NCBI GenBank assembly: GCA_964187785.1
Contig: OZ076409.1
Span: forward strand, 87,484,001 to 87,548,000
Origin: Amphiscolops sp. MND2022
Lineage: Eukaryota
DNA: 64,000 nucleotides
Reading direction: 5' to 3'
Shown: one piece after another, positions 50,324-62,018 of the stretch
How the letters are laid out: each line of letters starts with the position of its first letter
Position numbering within the stretch: position 1 is the first letter of the stretch
Program-made: the position numbers and the translations under genes
Notes under the pieces: generated by a model
The model's input: the letters and a program-made list of their open reading frames with translations, nothing else
Told to the model about the DNA's origin: nothing
The model's database searches: none

Positions 50324-50530
50324 TTTCTTTTTTGAGTGATGTGTATACTGATTTTTGCCTTTATTATATATTGCTGTAATTGACATATGTTTTATTTTAG
50401 ATGTCGATGTCCTTTTGATTCGTGCCTTCATATTTGCCGTCTCTTAAATACTAGTTTTTATAGAAAATTGTTTTGATCTGCAAGAAACACAACATTTGGC
50501 GTCCAGACCAGGATACAATTCAAGGTTAGC

Positions 50531-51205
50531 ATGCTTAAAATTATTGCTGCCAGTTCCTTGTTCAACTCAATTGACGAACTGCAAATCAGTTTGCGTAAAC
50601 AACTACGAGAACTCGTCCACGCTGGTCCCGGTTTCTGCCTGAAACCAGAGTCCGTGAACAAGTCAAAAGAACTTTACAACTATCTAAAGTCCGAAGAACT
50701 AAAAAATACGAGAATAGTCGTGTGGCACGATCTGATTAACAATACTATCACATCCCACAAAAGTAATAACTTTCAACTGCAAAGTGTAAATCAGCTTGTG
50801 GCTTCATTGAGAAGTCTCACAAACTTATGCGGCATAGTTTTTTGTCAACGTACAGGGTCCCCGAATATCTTTGAAGACCTTAGAAAACTGAACTGCCCAA
50901 TCATCCAAGTCACGACAGATATTTTGAGCAAGTCAGAGCAGCGCAGTGAAGTACTCGTCGAGAAATACAAAGCCTTACATCAATCCAGCGATCTCGAACT
51001 CGGATCCTTATGTTTAGTCCTATATTATTATTCGAACCTGAGGAAGACCTTGGAAACAAGAGGCACCAAGGGAAGAACTTGCGAGCAACGAAGAGAGGCT
51101 GAAAGAAAAGAGAAGACAACTAACGGTGAGCTTTTAGAGTCTCGGACTCAGAGCCGCTGTTGTTACCTCTTTACAGCTTTTCGAATTAAAAATGAGCTTT
51201 TATAG
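50531..51205 (+). CDS. Intact 224-aa ORF upstream of gag, SGNH/GDSL-hydrolase-like
   Basis: IIAASSL, AGPG, VVWHDLINN and YKALHQ are spaced like SGNH blocks I, II, III and V; homolog at 42400-42910. Confidence 0.55.
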   Translation: MLKIIAASSLFNSIDELQISLRKQLRELVHAGPGFCLKPESVNKSKELYNYLKSEELKNTRIVVWHDLINNTITSHKSNNFQLQSVNQLVASLRSLTNLCGIVFCQRTGSPNIFEDLRKLNCPIIQVTTDILSKSEQRSEVLVEKYKALHQSSDLELGSLCLVLYYYSNLRKTLETRGTKGRTCEQRREAERKEKTTNGELLESRTQSRCCYLFTAFRIKNELL

Positions 51206-51295
51206 TCTTGGACTCAAAGCCCCGTTAGTATTTTTTAGCCATTGAGACTCAAGTTGTGTTCGAATCGTGTTTTTCCAAGTCTTCGCCAAAGTCAA

Positions 51296-52100
51296 TGGGT
51301 AAACCGGAATTGAACCTCAAGAAACCCGATCAAGCACTGCTGTGTCTCAAGGCGTTCGAGACGCGAGCGCTGGTTGAAAAGAAAAGGGACATCGACACAA
51401 CACCTGGATTTAGTAGACAGCCAGCTGTCGCTGTCAAAGCAAAAGATCATCAGGCGACTGATTTCTTCATGAGCCGATTCGGCCTCGAAGCGTTGATGAA
51501 GCTCAGTAGCCTCGTCGCGCCCAGAAATATTGACGACATGAAATTCATAGACATTCGTAAGGATCTCATATATTACTTGAAGCCACACGAGAAACTGGTG
51601 GTTGCAGAACGCAATTGCTTCCTTCAGATGTCTCAAGGGGGAGAAGAAGCAGAAACCGACTACCTTGCTAGGCTCCGAGAGGATGCGCGTTATTGTAAGT
51701 TTGTCGATGTTAAAGCCTCTTCGGAACCTGAAGCTGAAATGATCCGATTACAATTCATCGCCGGACTACGAGACAACGAATCAATGCTCAAGTTGCTTGA
51801 AGCACTCAGGGCGATTGACAACTTGACTGTGGAAGAACTGTTTCAACTTATTCAAAATAGAACCCAGGCCAAGAGATTTGCTGAGAGCTCAGTTCATCAC
51901 TCAAATTCAAGTAAAGTTGCGTATGCAGAAAAACGTGGCCACAATATTAAAAAAGATCTGAGTCGCCGTCAGAAGCCAGAGCAGTGTGGACGCCTTGGAC
52001 GAAACCCATTCCACCTACTTTATGAGTGCCCTGCTAGGGATGAAAAGTGCTACAATTCTTCGAAGCAAAGACACTAATCTAGAATGTGCAAAGGTAAAAA
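51296..52100 (+). pseudogene. gag: Gag of element 3
   Basis: YLARLREDARYCKF and IRLQFIAGLRD capsid-like motifs; decayed knuckles. Confidence 0.8.
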
Positions 52101-52259
52101 ACAACAAGCCTCGCGAACTGAAGGGAAAACTTATCAAAAATCAAATGCATCAGTGCACCATACTTGTGAATAACAAGAATTCGATGATCCCGCTTCATCC
52201 GAGGAAACTATGTAATATGTAGAACAAATCGCAACTGTTGAGGAAGTCCATCACATTTG

Positions 52260-55200
52260 AAGCAAAGCTGAATTTCATGACATCAAGATAAAAGGTCATA
52301 ACGTTCGAATGCAGAACGACACTTGTTCTTCAGTGGCCATTATCTCAACAAAAATTTGGCAGGAAGTTGGCTCTCCAACCTTGAGCACTAGCCCCCGATG
52401 AATTGAAGCATATGATGGACACAGAATGCTTTATCTTGGTCCATCTAAAGTGTGAGATCCCATGGGAAAATAAAATTCATAGCGTTGGTGTTGCAGTTAT
52501 CGAGTCCGAGAAAGAATTCGGATTGATCGGCAGATCTGATGTAAAAGTCTTGCCTGCAATAAACGGAATTGAAGCTACTATCAAACTGAAGCCTGACGCA
52601 AAACCTGTTTTCTGTCGCGCTCGGAAAGTTCCACTTGCCATGGAAGACCAGGTCAAGATTGAATTGGCGAAAGTTCAGGCACAAGAAACCGTCGCCCCAG
52701 TCGATCCAGGAGGTGTCATGAATGCTTCGCCAGTCGTGTGGCAGAGGAAGAAAGACGTATCCTTTCGGATTTGTGCAGACTTCAAAGTTCATGTAAACGA
52801 TAAGATCATGACTGAAGACTACCTTCTTCCCGACATGGAAACTTTATTTCACGAGCTGGAAGGATCAAAGTTTTACGTCAAGATTGCCTCATCATCTGCT
52901 TATTACCAAATAATGCTGGATGATGCATTGTAGGAAATTTGTGTCATCAACACAATGCTGGGTCTCTTCAAGTTACTCTGAGAACGCTATTGGCTGAGTC
53001 TTATCTCATGAGGTGCACCCTGTAATTTAAATATCGAAGACATTGTCTCAAGCTAAGCAAAATTACTCTAACATTGAGCGTGAAGCCCTAGCGATTGTTT
53101 TCGTGGTAAAACGCTTGAAACTTGGCCTGAAATTCAGACTCGAAACTGATCATCGTCCCTTGGAGTTCATATTTGCTCCAAACAAGGAACTCCTAAAAAC
53201 CGTATCAACAAGAACCACAAGTTGGGCAATTTCGCTTATGGCTTTTGATTATGAGAATAAATACGACACTTGTTCTTCAGTGACCATTATCTCAACAAAA
53301 ATTTGGCAGGAAGTTGGCTCTCCAACCTTGAGCACTAGCCCCTGATGGACTGAAGCATATGATGGACACAGAATGCTTTATCTTGGTCCATCTAAAGTGT
53401 GAGATCCCATGGGAAAATAAACTTCATAGCGTTGATGTTGCAGTTATCGAGTCCGAGAAAGAATTCGGATTGATCGGCAGAGACGTGACCCGCGTCTCTG
53501 TCTGATGTAAAAGTCTTGCCTGCAATAAACGGAATTGAAGCTACTATCAAACTGAAGCCTGACGCAAAACCTGTTTTCTGTCGCGCTCGGAAAGTTCCAC
53601 TTGCCATGGAAGACCAGGTCAAGATTGAATTGGCGAAAGTTCAGGCACAAGAAACCGTCGCCCCAGTCGATCCAGGAGGTGTCATGAATGCTTCGCCAGT
53701 CGTGTGGCAGAGGAAGAAAGACGTATCCTTTCGGATTTGTGCAGACTTCAAAGTTCATGTAAACGATAAGATCATGACTGAAGACTACCTTCTTCCCGAC
53801 ATGGAAACTTTATTTCACGAGCTGGAAGGATCAAAGTTTTACGTCAAGATTGCCTCATCATCTGCTTATTACCAAATAATGCTGGATGATGCATTGTAGG
53901 AAATTTGTGTCATCAACACAATGCTGGGTCTCTTCAAGTTACTCTGAGAACGCTATTGGCTGAGTCTTATCTCATGAGGTGCACCCTGTACTTTATATAT
54001 CGAAGACATTGTCTCAAGTTGAGCAAAGATACTCAAACATTGAGCGTGAAGCCTTAGCGATTGTTTTCGTGGTAAAACGCTTGAAAATTGGCCTGCAATT
54101 TGGACTCGAAACTGATCATCGTCGCCTGGAATTCATATTTGCTCCAAACAAGGAACTCCAAAACCGTATCAGCAAGAACCACAAGTTGGGCAATTTCGCT
54201 TATGGCTTTTGATTATGAGATTATATACAAAGAAGGTTCCTCGATTCCTCATGCTGAGGCCAAGAGTAGACTGAATTTAGATAAAGATGACGACGAGTGC
54301 AATCTAGTCGACTACTCAAGTTCCAATCTTGATGATTTCTGTGTTCATTTGCCGAGCATTAACTCATTTCATTCGACGAGTTGAGGAGTGAATGTGAACG
54401 CGATGAATTGGCGAAGCGAATTATCAGTCATGTAATCGATGGAGATTGGAAAGCATGTACTCAAAAAAAGTGTATTTTCAAGAAAGTATCTGGTTTCCTC
54501 ACAGTCGAGAACGGGCTGCTATACATTGGAACTTGACCTTACATTCCACCAAGAATGCAGAACATCGTAATTGAACGAGCCCATGACACGCATCCTGGTG
54601 TCCAAGCGACTAAGAACATAGTGAACTTAATGTCTTGGTGGCCTGGGGCCGGAAAAGATGTTGAAAAATTCATAAGTGCCTGCTCTGAATGTGCGAAAAT
54701 TCTACCACGAACTGAGAAATCGATCGATACTTGGCCAGAAGCACAACCATGGAAGAGACTACACATGTATTGGGCTTATATCCAAGAAGTATGCAACATT
54801 CTTATTATTGTCGAGGCTGGTTCTGGTTGGATAAAAGCGTTCATATGCGGCAATCAGCCCACAGAAAAAGTCATACAACGTCTGTCCGCCATTTTTGGGA
54901 GAGTTGGGGTCCCGCACACTTTAGTTTCCGACAATGCAAAGGATTTTATCAACGACAAAGTTGTCACGTTGTTACAGGCGCTAGGCTGCACCAAATCAGA
55001 GAGTCCAATCTACAATCCAAAGAGTAATGGACTTGCCGAACGGGCTGTGCAGACTGTAAAGAAAGCAATGAGGTCTTCGAGTCAGTTTCCATGCATTTCT
55101 GCAGCGAGTCCTGTTCACACACCGTAACACTTCTTCCCTGAGAGGGAAGACTCCCTCAGAAGTTCTGCTTGGAAGGAAAATGGGACTCCCTGCTGTCATT

Positions 55201-55565
55201 AATTATCGAATCGGAGAGTGTGCAGTTTTTCGTGCTGGACCTCACGCTGCGTCTTTTCCTGCGAAGTATGTTGTTCGGTATGGAAATAATACAGCATGGC
55301 TCACTATGGAAGATACAGACGGGTGCGAGAGAACAATTCTAGCAAGTACTAGCCAAGTTGCTCTCTTTGCCTGTCCAACTACCGTTGCCCCTGATCTAGT
55401 GACGGATGGTACTACGACCAGGGGAGTGGCGGACCAACTTCGACATGCGTTGCTGGTAGAGACTCGTCTTTGGTTGTAAAATCTACTACTCCCGAGGTCC
55501 CCATTAGGAGGTCTGCACGAGTCAGGAAACTGAACCCAAGATTCAACGACTTCATTTGCAAGTAG
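52260..55565 (+). pseudogene. pol: Pol fragments of element 3 (PR, partial RT, RNase H, IN)
   Basis: ASPVVW, RICADFK, YSNIEREALAI, ETDHRPL, HDTHPG, VSDNAKDF and SNGLAERAVQT motifs; RT core deleted. Confidence 0.9.
52316..54220. repeat. ~950-bp tandem duplication within pol (52316-53257 / 53262-54220)
   Basis: Near-identical copies encoding the same peptide PAINGIEATIK...QIMLDDAL. Confidence 0.92.
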
Positions 55566-56008
55566 CCATGAGAACTCTTGGAAGGGGGATGACGTGTATA
55601 CTGATTTATGCCTTTATTATATATTGCTGTAATTGACATATGTTTCATTTTAGATGTCGATGTCCCTTTGATATGTGCCTTGATATTTGCCGTCTACAGG
55701 GTTTTCAAATAGCAAATCAAGTAATTGCCCAAATACCAAGTAATTGGGTAAAAATTGGACCCAAATACATTTCCAAAAACTATTTTTGTCGAAAACCAAA
55801 TACCCAATTCCAAGTACTTGTACCCCCTCCAAAAAGCAAACCCAATTCCAATTACGATTTTAGAAATCAAATATTGAATTTTCAGCTGCGTTAGGTACTC
55901 GCTTAGATTAGTTGTATAAAAATGTTGTGTTGTTTTTTAGACTACTATTTTTTGAAGTTTTTTTTCAAACGTTTTTCTGGTTAGCATGATTTTATGTTTT
56001 TTCAGTTG

Positions 56009-56604
56009 ATGTCTGATTCGGTGGTAGAGTTGTCGTCTGAGCCTGAGGCATCGGTGGAGCCGGAATCCGAAAACCTTTGCGTAGCTGACAATACCCAGTG
56101 GAACATATTGAAACGGCCTGCTAATGAAATTTATAAGTTTTCTTGTGTGAGTTCCGAAATGGACGGAAAACACAACGACGGAAGTGTACAAAGTGTCAAA
56201 CTATTGTTACGGCCAATAACCACGGAACCAGTTCAATGCACAATCACCGAAGACGTTGCGACACTATGTTTCAGAAGAAAAACCAGCCAAATCAGTCGAA
56301 ATTGCCGTTTTGTGCAAAGTCTGGAAAGTACAAGCAGTATGAAGATGTTGCGTGTCTCGTTTACGAGGATAATATTTCTATACACCGGGTGGTCAAGTCA
56401 AAAACTTTGCAGTATTTCTATCGCAGATTGGGGATTACCGGGGTTTCATTCGATTCTTTGAATAATTGTCTCGAAGAGGAGTACCATTTTATCGTTGACA
56501 AAATCAATTTGCTTTTGAATTCAAGGAACCCAAAAGATTTGCTGTGTTTGTCGTTTGACAAGTGGACCAGTACTGACAACAAGAGATTATTGTTAAGTTG
56601 TTAA
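56009..56604 (+). pseudogene. hAT transposase N-terminal fragment
   Basis: BED finger KCTKC...GTSSMHNHRRRC and first catalytic motif LSFDKWTS. Confidence 0.8.
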
Positions 56605-56955
56605 GGTTTGGTACTTAAAATCCTGTTTTGTCATTTAGTTCATCGTACGTACCATCTATGTTGTTTTCACCAGGCAGCCCATCCATATACAGTTTATGCC
56701 CCCGTTATATGATCGACCGCGCAATCAAAAATCATGAAAGTTTTTTTTAGATTAGATGGTCGCTGTTGGTTTCCTTGTTTATTCTCACTACACGCACTCT
56801 CGGCAATTTCAAACTCAATGTGCAGAATTTGAAAATTTAAAACGTTACAATGTCAATTTTTTGTCGCAATTTTGAAAAAAAAATCGAAAAAATGTCGATT
56901 TTTGTCAATTGAAAATACCAATTTCAAATACAATTTTTAAATCATGTAATTGCCC

Positions 56956-57495
56956 TGGGCACAAACTACGATCTAAGGAATAAGATCGAAACGCATTTCT
57001 GTAACTAAGATCTAAAGAACTAAGATCTAAATGTCATTTTTCGTAACTGAGATCTAGAGAATGCAAGCTCCCGAATCGTACCGAAAGTCTAAATTTTAGA
57101 CGTTATTCCTGTTTTAATTTCCGTTATTCCCATTTTTTAGATGTTACGAGTAAAGTATAAAATGCTTTAAAGTATAAAACGTGCCTCAGATATGTCCCCA
57201 TTTCCTCTGGTGCCCTGCGGCCCCTTGGGCCGCTTTTGTTCCCATCTTGCTAAGCGAGGTCGAACAGGAGCAAAGACCTAGCGGGAACGGAGATCGCGAA
57301 GCGATCGTAGTGGGAGCTGGTCTTTGCGACGGTGAGGGCGAGCGTGCATACACCGTATATGACCCCACATTATTCCTTAGACGTTATTCTAACTTAGACC
57401 TTAGTTACGGTGCATGCTTTTTAGATCTTAGTTCTTCAGATCTTAGTTACGAAATTTCTTTAGAACTAATTCCTCAGACCTTAGTTGCGGTCCCC
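56956..57495. mobile_element. MITE with TAAGATCT subterminal repeats, containing core copy 2 (57189-57370)
   Basis: Imperfect TIRs; TSD GTAATTGCCC/GTAAATGCCC. Confidence 0.7.
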
Positions 57496-58082
57496 GTAAA
57501 TGCCCAAATAGCAAATACAAATACAATTCTTATTTTTGGACCAATTCCAAATACAATTAACTGCTAGACCAAATATACAAATACCAATTGGTCGTTAAAC
57601 CAAGTACTTGGAAACCCTGGTTGTCTAGTGAATTCTAGCTTTTATAGAAAAGCGTTTCGATCTGCGAGAAACACGACATTTTCATTCCTTTAGATCCTAG
57701 GGGGTGGAGCTCTCAGGATCTTGTAAGACGGATGTCCAGTTTACACCGGATATGCCCGATATGAAAATTCGAACTTGGTGTCTCGAAACTATTCCATTCT
57801 AAAGAAAATAATAATAAATGGACCGTGCGCCTCGAAACCAAAAAGGTAATGGTCTACGTATGTATGGCCGAGGTTACAGAGGGGGCTTGTCAAAAAGGTG
57901 TGGAAGGTGTCGAAACGCTGCAAGCTGCAGAGCCTCCTTGCAGTGTCAGTAACGGTCCTGTGAAAATAAATGTGAAAACATCGGCAAGCGGAGGACTAAT
58001 TTATAAAACAAAACACCAAATCGCAAAAAATATGCTCGTCTATAAAACAGCATATCACAAATTATTTTTGCTCGTTACAGAA

Positions 58083-58842
58083 TTACTGAGAGCTTGAGAG
58101 CCTCCCCTCTTCGACGATCGCGCTCATAGAGGACTCGGTCTGAATGACCGTACGTTTAAGAGATCTACAACCTCTAATACACAAAATTGAACTCCTCAAG
58201 AGTGCAAAACTAACCTTCGTTCTGATAAAACTTACAACATCGGCGTAAGGCTCAGAAGTTTTGTCGCTGAGCTTGGCCGCGAGCCTTGTGATGATTTTCG
58301 ACGCAGACGGTCCGGCTCCTCCTGTAGTCGCAAACACGAGTGGGCTGAAGGAGCTATTTTCGACATTATGATACGTTGCTCGTATTTGCGTTTCTTTGAA
58401 GCGGGTGGCTGTAAATAGGTCGAATTTTTCTGGTCGAAAGGACAGAGGTCGAACCTTTTGATCGAATTGCAGGGATCGAAAGGAATGCGATCGAATTTTA
58501 TCGTATTTGTTGTATAGCTCGGTCGCTTCGCTCCCTTCGCCAAGTAGCAACATTGAGGCATGGCCATATGGCACGTCGCTCCGCTTCGCTTCGCTCCTGC
58601 ATTCAGGGCACTAGGGGTATGTGAACATATCTGACTACGTTATAAAAATTTCGATCTGAGTTGTTTCGATCCCATTCAAAAAATTTGGTATGTCGACTTG
58701 AGGACTAACTCTGATTTTCGATCCCGTTCCTTCGACCTACTTCCGCCCACCCCTTTGAAGCTTCGTGGTGTTTGTATGCTTCTTGAATTTGATTCGGACA
58801 GGAGTTAGCGAATGGGTTGAAGATTTTAACATCGAAGAAGGT
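58083..58842 (-). mobile_element. 3' fragment of a restriction-like-endonuclease non-LTR retrotransposon (CRE/NeSL-like), split by a MITE
   Basis: FFDVKIFNP...HEAS|KKRKYEQR...FSPLVFATTGG...SFALLRS...CIRG; the peptide is continuous once 58403-58761 is removed. Confidence 0.75.
58403..58752. mobile_element. Mutator-like MITE
   Basis: Perfect 9-bp TSD CTTTGAAGC (58394-58402, 58753-58761); TIRs GGGTGG...TAGGTCGAA; GTCGAA/ATCGAA subterminal repeats. Confidence 0.88.
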
Positions 58843-58897
58843 TCGGCACAGTGTAAATTCGAACAGTGTAAATTTCCATTCTAAAGATTGCACTAGT

Positions 58898-59305
58898 GAA
58901 TTCCGGACGTTTCGGCAAAAGACGTTTCGGCAAAAACATGGCGGCGAACGTTTCGGCAAAAAAAATATGCCGAAACGTCTCAGGCTAAAAAATTTGCCGA
59001 AACGTCTCGCATGATATATGCGATGTATGCACGCTCGCCCTCACCGTCGCAAAGACCAGCTCCCACTACGATCGCTTCGCGATCTCCGTTCCCGCTAGGT
59101 CTTTGCTCCTGTTCGACCTCGCTTAGCAAGATGGGCATATAAGCGGCCCCAAGGGTCCGCGGGGCACTAGAGGAAATGGGGACATATCCGAGAGGGGAAC
59201 AGGACGTTTCGGCAAAAGACGTTTCGGCAAAAACATGGCGGACGTTTCCGCAAAAAAAATTTGCCGAAACGTCTCGAATTTTTTTTGCCGAAACGTCCTG
59301 TTCCC
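58898..59305. mobile_element. MITE with GACGTTTCGGCAAAA repeats, containing core copy 3
   Basis: Perfect 8-bp TSD GCACTAGT (58890-58897, 59306-59313); inverted ends. Confidence 0.85.
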
Positions 59306-59441
59306 GCACTAGTTCAAATTCGAACTTAGTAAATCGAACTTAATGCCCGAAGCCACTTGCGATAAGCAAGTGTTATGGGAAAGTGCGGGTGCTTTTTTCC
59401 CGCGCGACAACTCGTTTCAGCCCGCAAGTCGCATAGTTCAG

Positions 59442-59513
59442 GCGTTCGTGGTCTAGTGGTAAGATGCTTGCCTTTAAACCCAGAGGGTTCGGGTTCGAAC
59501 CCGTGCGTATGCG
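59442..59513 (+). repeat. tRNA-derived sequence (SINE head or tRNA pseudogene)
   Basis: A box TGGTCTAGTGG and B box GGTTCGAACCC; poorly paired anticodon stem; followed by interspersed-repeat sequence. Confidence 0.6.
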
Positions 59514-60299
59514 CTAATTTTTTTTTCACAAATATTCCGAAGGAGAAGGTTCTCACTTTTTCGGCACTGAGACTCCACCCTTTTTCGGCTTTGTGAGACT
59601 TTTTTCGAAAGTTTTTTAATGTCCCCAAAGGATCCTTCCTTCAATTTTTTGATAATTTGCAGCAGAACAAATGTTAAAAAATCCCAAAGTGTCCCTTCTT
59701 TCAGATTTTTCGACACTATGAGACTGTTAAAAATTCTCAATTTTTGTTTTCGAAAAGTTTTCAAAGTTCCCAGTACATGATTTAACGTGAACGAAAATTT
59801 TTCCTCAGTTTGCGGACTTCACACTCCACTCAAATATCGCAAAATGATATGTTGAAAGAGTTGCGGTTGAATTGTGTGCCTTCTCCCCCCAACATGATGA
59901 TACACATGGCACTTGATTGATGACGAAGATCCATGATATCTGATAGAGGTGTTTTTTTCATTGCTGGGTGATTTTTTGAAATCGTATCACATAACGTCGT
60001 GCCAGTTTTTTTTTGTTTCAGTCTGCTGCTCAATAAAAGTTTTACAGTTTTTGGGTCAAAAGCGTTTGTGTTTGAAGAATGTCCTCGACTTGATGGAAAT
60101 TTTCTCTTCAGAAGTTTTGTCTATTGGGGTTTGACGATGTAGAGATGTTATCCAAACAACTTGCGCCCACTAAGAAGATCATAAGTAGATTAGTATAGTT
60201 AGAGGAACGAACTAACAAGATAGAAAGATTTTTTACAAGCGTAGCTTTGAAAATCCGAGCCGGCCCATTCCAGTATGTTCCCTGAGAGGGTTCGACGGT

Positions 60300-60690
60300 G
60301 CACAGATTGCCTTGACTACAACGGTGATTTATGAACCAGATGTGTATCTAGCAATCCAGAAGTGCCAGGCAGTCGGAAGACTCAATAGCGTCTCAAACTA
60401 TTTATTACGTTCATCACAACAATTTAGCTATCTGCCTTGGTATCAGAAGTTCGGTCGAGGACTATTTCACAGGAAAACAGCGTGGGGGACGGACATTCTG
60501 AAAACGCCTGGTTGAGCTGAAAACCGATATGTACATCAATTGTCAATTCCTCATTCCAATTTTCAATCATTTAGAGCGGCTGTTTAGCGTGTCCGGTGTT
60601 GCCTAGGGAGATTTATGGAAAGTGGAAAAGTATTTCGCCACTCTGCCTGAAGTATTCTTGAAGTACAACCGCAATTTTTGGAACTTGTTA
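60300..60690 (+). pseudogene. Possible hAT transposase C-terminal remnant
   Basis: LERLFSVSG resembles the hAT dimerisation motif; heavily decayed. Confidence 0.35.
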
Positions 60691-61218
60691 ATTCAAGCGA
60701 ATAATTGTAACTTCTGATTTACTAATTTGTCATATCCGATATGTCGAATTGAAAGTTTGGATCTATTTGATTAGTTGCAAAAAAGACTAATAATTGATAC
60801 TCGATTTGCCACCTAGCAATTATTTGGTTTTCAAGATTAAAATTGTTTTTTTTTCACTGGTATTTTCTGATATTTTCAGTCCTTTGGGTAAATTCGGCAC
60901 TTCGCGGCTTTTTTCGAACGAAAAGTTGTCTGGTAGAATCCTAAATCCGGGTTTTGTGATATTTTCAGTGAAATAAAATCTCCTTACCCTGAAAAGCAGC
61001 ATGACATTTTCTGTTGTAACGGTATACAAAAAATATCGCAGTGCCACAGCCTCTTGCCGAGTTTCTCATTTACGCGGCAAATAAAGACGGCTCAATTTAA
61101 CTAATTTTTCCACGTTTTTTCCTGCACTCCAATCTGCTTTACTTCCACCAAATTTATCCGACAGCATGTCGCGTTGATACTGTTCAGCCCCGAATATTTT
61201 TTGTTGAACTTCAGAAAA

Positions 61219-61836
61219 ATGCTCATTGTCACGAATTCAGCTTTATTGGCGAAAGTTCTTTGCCCCATGCGAAATGCCCAATCCTTATTCCACAAGTCCC
61301 CAGTGTTTATCAATGGGCGCCTGTTGAAATCGAAAAACTTTGAATCTTCGCCAAAGAAGATAGTCCGTGGTATTGCTGATGAAAGTTCCGGCATGGACCA
61401 GAATGTCCAAAAACTTTCGTGGTCAGCACGACAGGAATTTTGGCAAAAGAACAAGAACCTAAATCGGCCCATTTCTCCCCATATGACCATCTACAGCTGG
61501 CAATATACAAATACCTGGTCAATCACCCATCGAGCTACTGGTATTGCCTGGTACGGTGGTGTTCTCGTCTTAGCGGTGCCATACATGATGTTACCTTATA
61601 TGTTTCCCGCTTACATCGAGTACCTGGCATCTATGAATTTGGGCTCGGTTATCCTTGGAGCTGGGAAGTTTCTCATCTCTTGGCCCATTGTTTATCACAC
61701 TTTGAATGGCACCAGACATCTCGCGTGGGATGCAGGCTATGGGTTGAATTTGGAAGCCCTGAAGAAGAGTGCTTATGGAACGGTTGCTCTCTCGGTTTTG
61801 ATATCACTCGGCTTAGCATGCATCTCTTTGAAGTAA
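61219..61836 (+). CDS. SDHC: Succinate dehydrogenase cytochrome b560 subunit, mitochondrial; intronless CDS
   Basis: NRPISPHMTIY, SITHRATG and YHTLNGTRHLAWD motifs; three hydrophobic segments; basic presequence-like N-terminus. Confidence 0.95.
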   Translation: MLIVTNSALLAKVLCPMRNAQSLFHKSPVFINGRLLKSKNFESSPKKIVRGIADESSGMDQNVQKLSWSARQEFWQKNKNLNRPISPHMTIYSWQYTNTWSITHRATGIAWYGGVLVLAVPYMMLPYMFPAYIEYLASMNLGSVILGAGKFLISWPIVYHTLNGTRHLAWDAGYGLNLEALKKSAYGTVALSVLISLGLACISLK

Positions 61837-62018
61837 TGAATTGGTTTTGTGAAGACTAGCATTTAAATTGCTATCCGTAGACATTAATTTTAAATTCAAA
61901 TTTTTCATCATATGTTTTTGATTGCGAGAAATTGAAAACAAAAGAAAAATGGAAATATAAAGCTTGAAATTGAAACTATGATATCAAGTTAATTAGAAAC
62001 GCAGTGATTGAAATTCAT

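Larger units (their letters stand above)
55697..57619 (+). mobile_element. Internally deleted hAT DNA transposon
   Basis: TIRs CAGGGTTT(T/C)CAA; 8-bp TSD GCCGTCTA/GTTGTCTA (6/8); splits the 3' LTR of element 3. Confidence 0.85.
50337..57678 (+). mobile_element. Short-LTR Ty3/gypsy element (element 3), degenerate, with 3' LTR interrupted by a hAT element
   Basis: 5' LTR 50337-50494, PBS TGGCGTCC at 50497, gag, pol fragments, PPT GGAAGGGGGA at 55580-55589, 3' LTR 55590-55696 plus ~57628-57678. Confidence 0.88.

Noticed and set aside
57181..57567. Recurring peptide PILLSEVEQEQRP... as a protein family
   Set aside because: It is the translation of the repeated non-coding core; starts and ends differ between copies.
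58898..59305. Short spaced repeats resembling a CRISPR array
   Set aside because: Irregular spacing, both orientations, TSD-bounded, eukaryotic context and no cas genes; these are MITE subterminal repeats.
59442..59513. Functional tRNA gene
   Set aside because: The anticodon stem does not pair, the acceptor stem is imperfect, and it is attached to repeat sequence.
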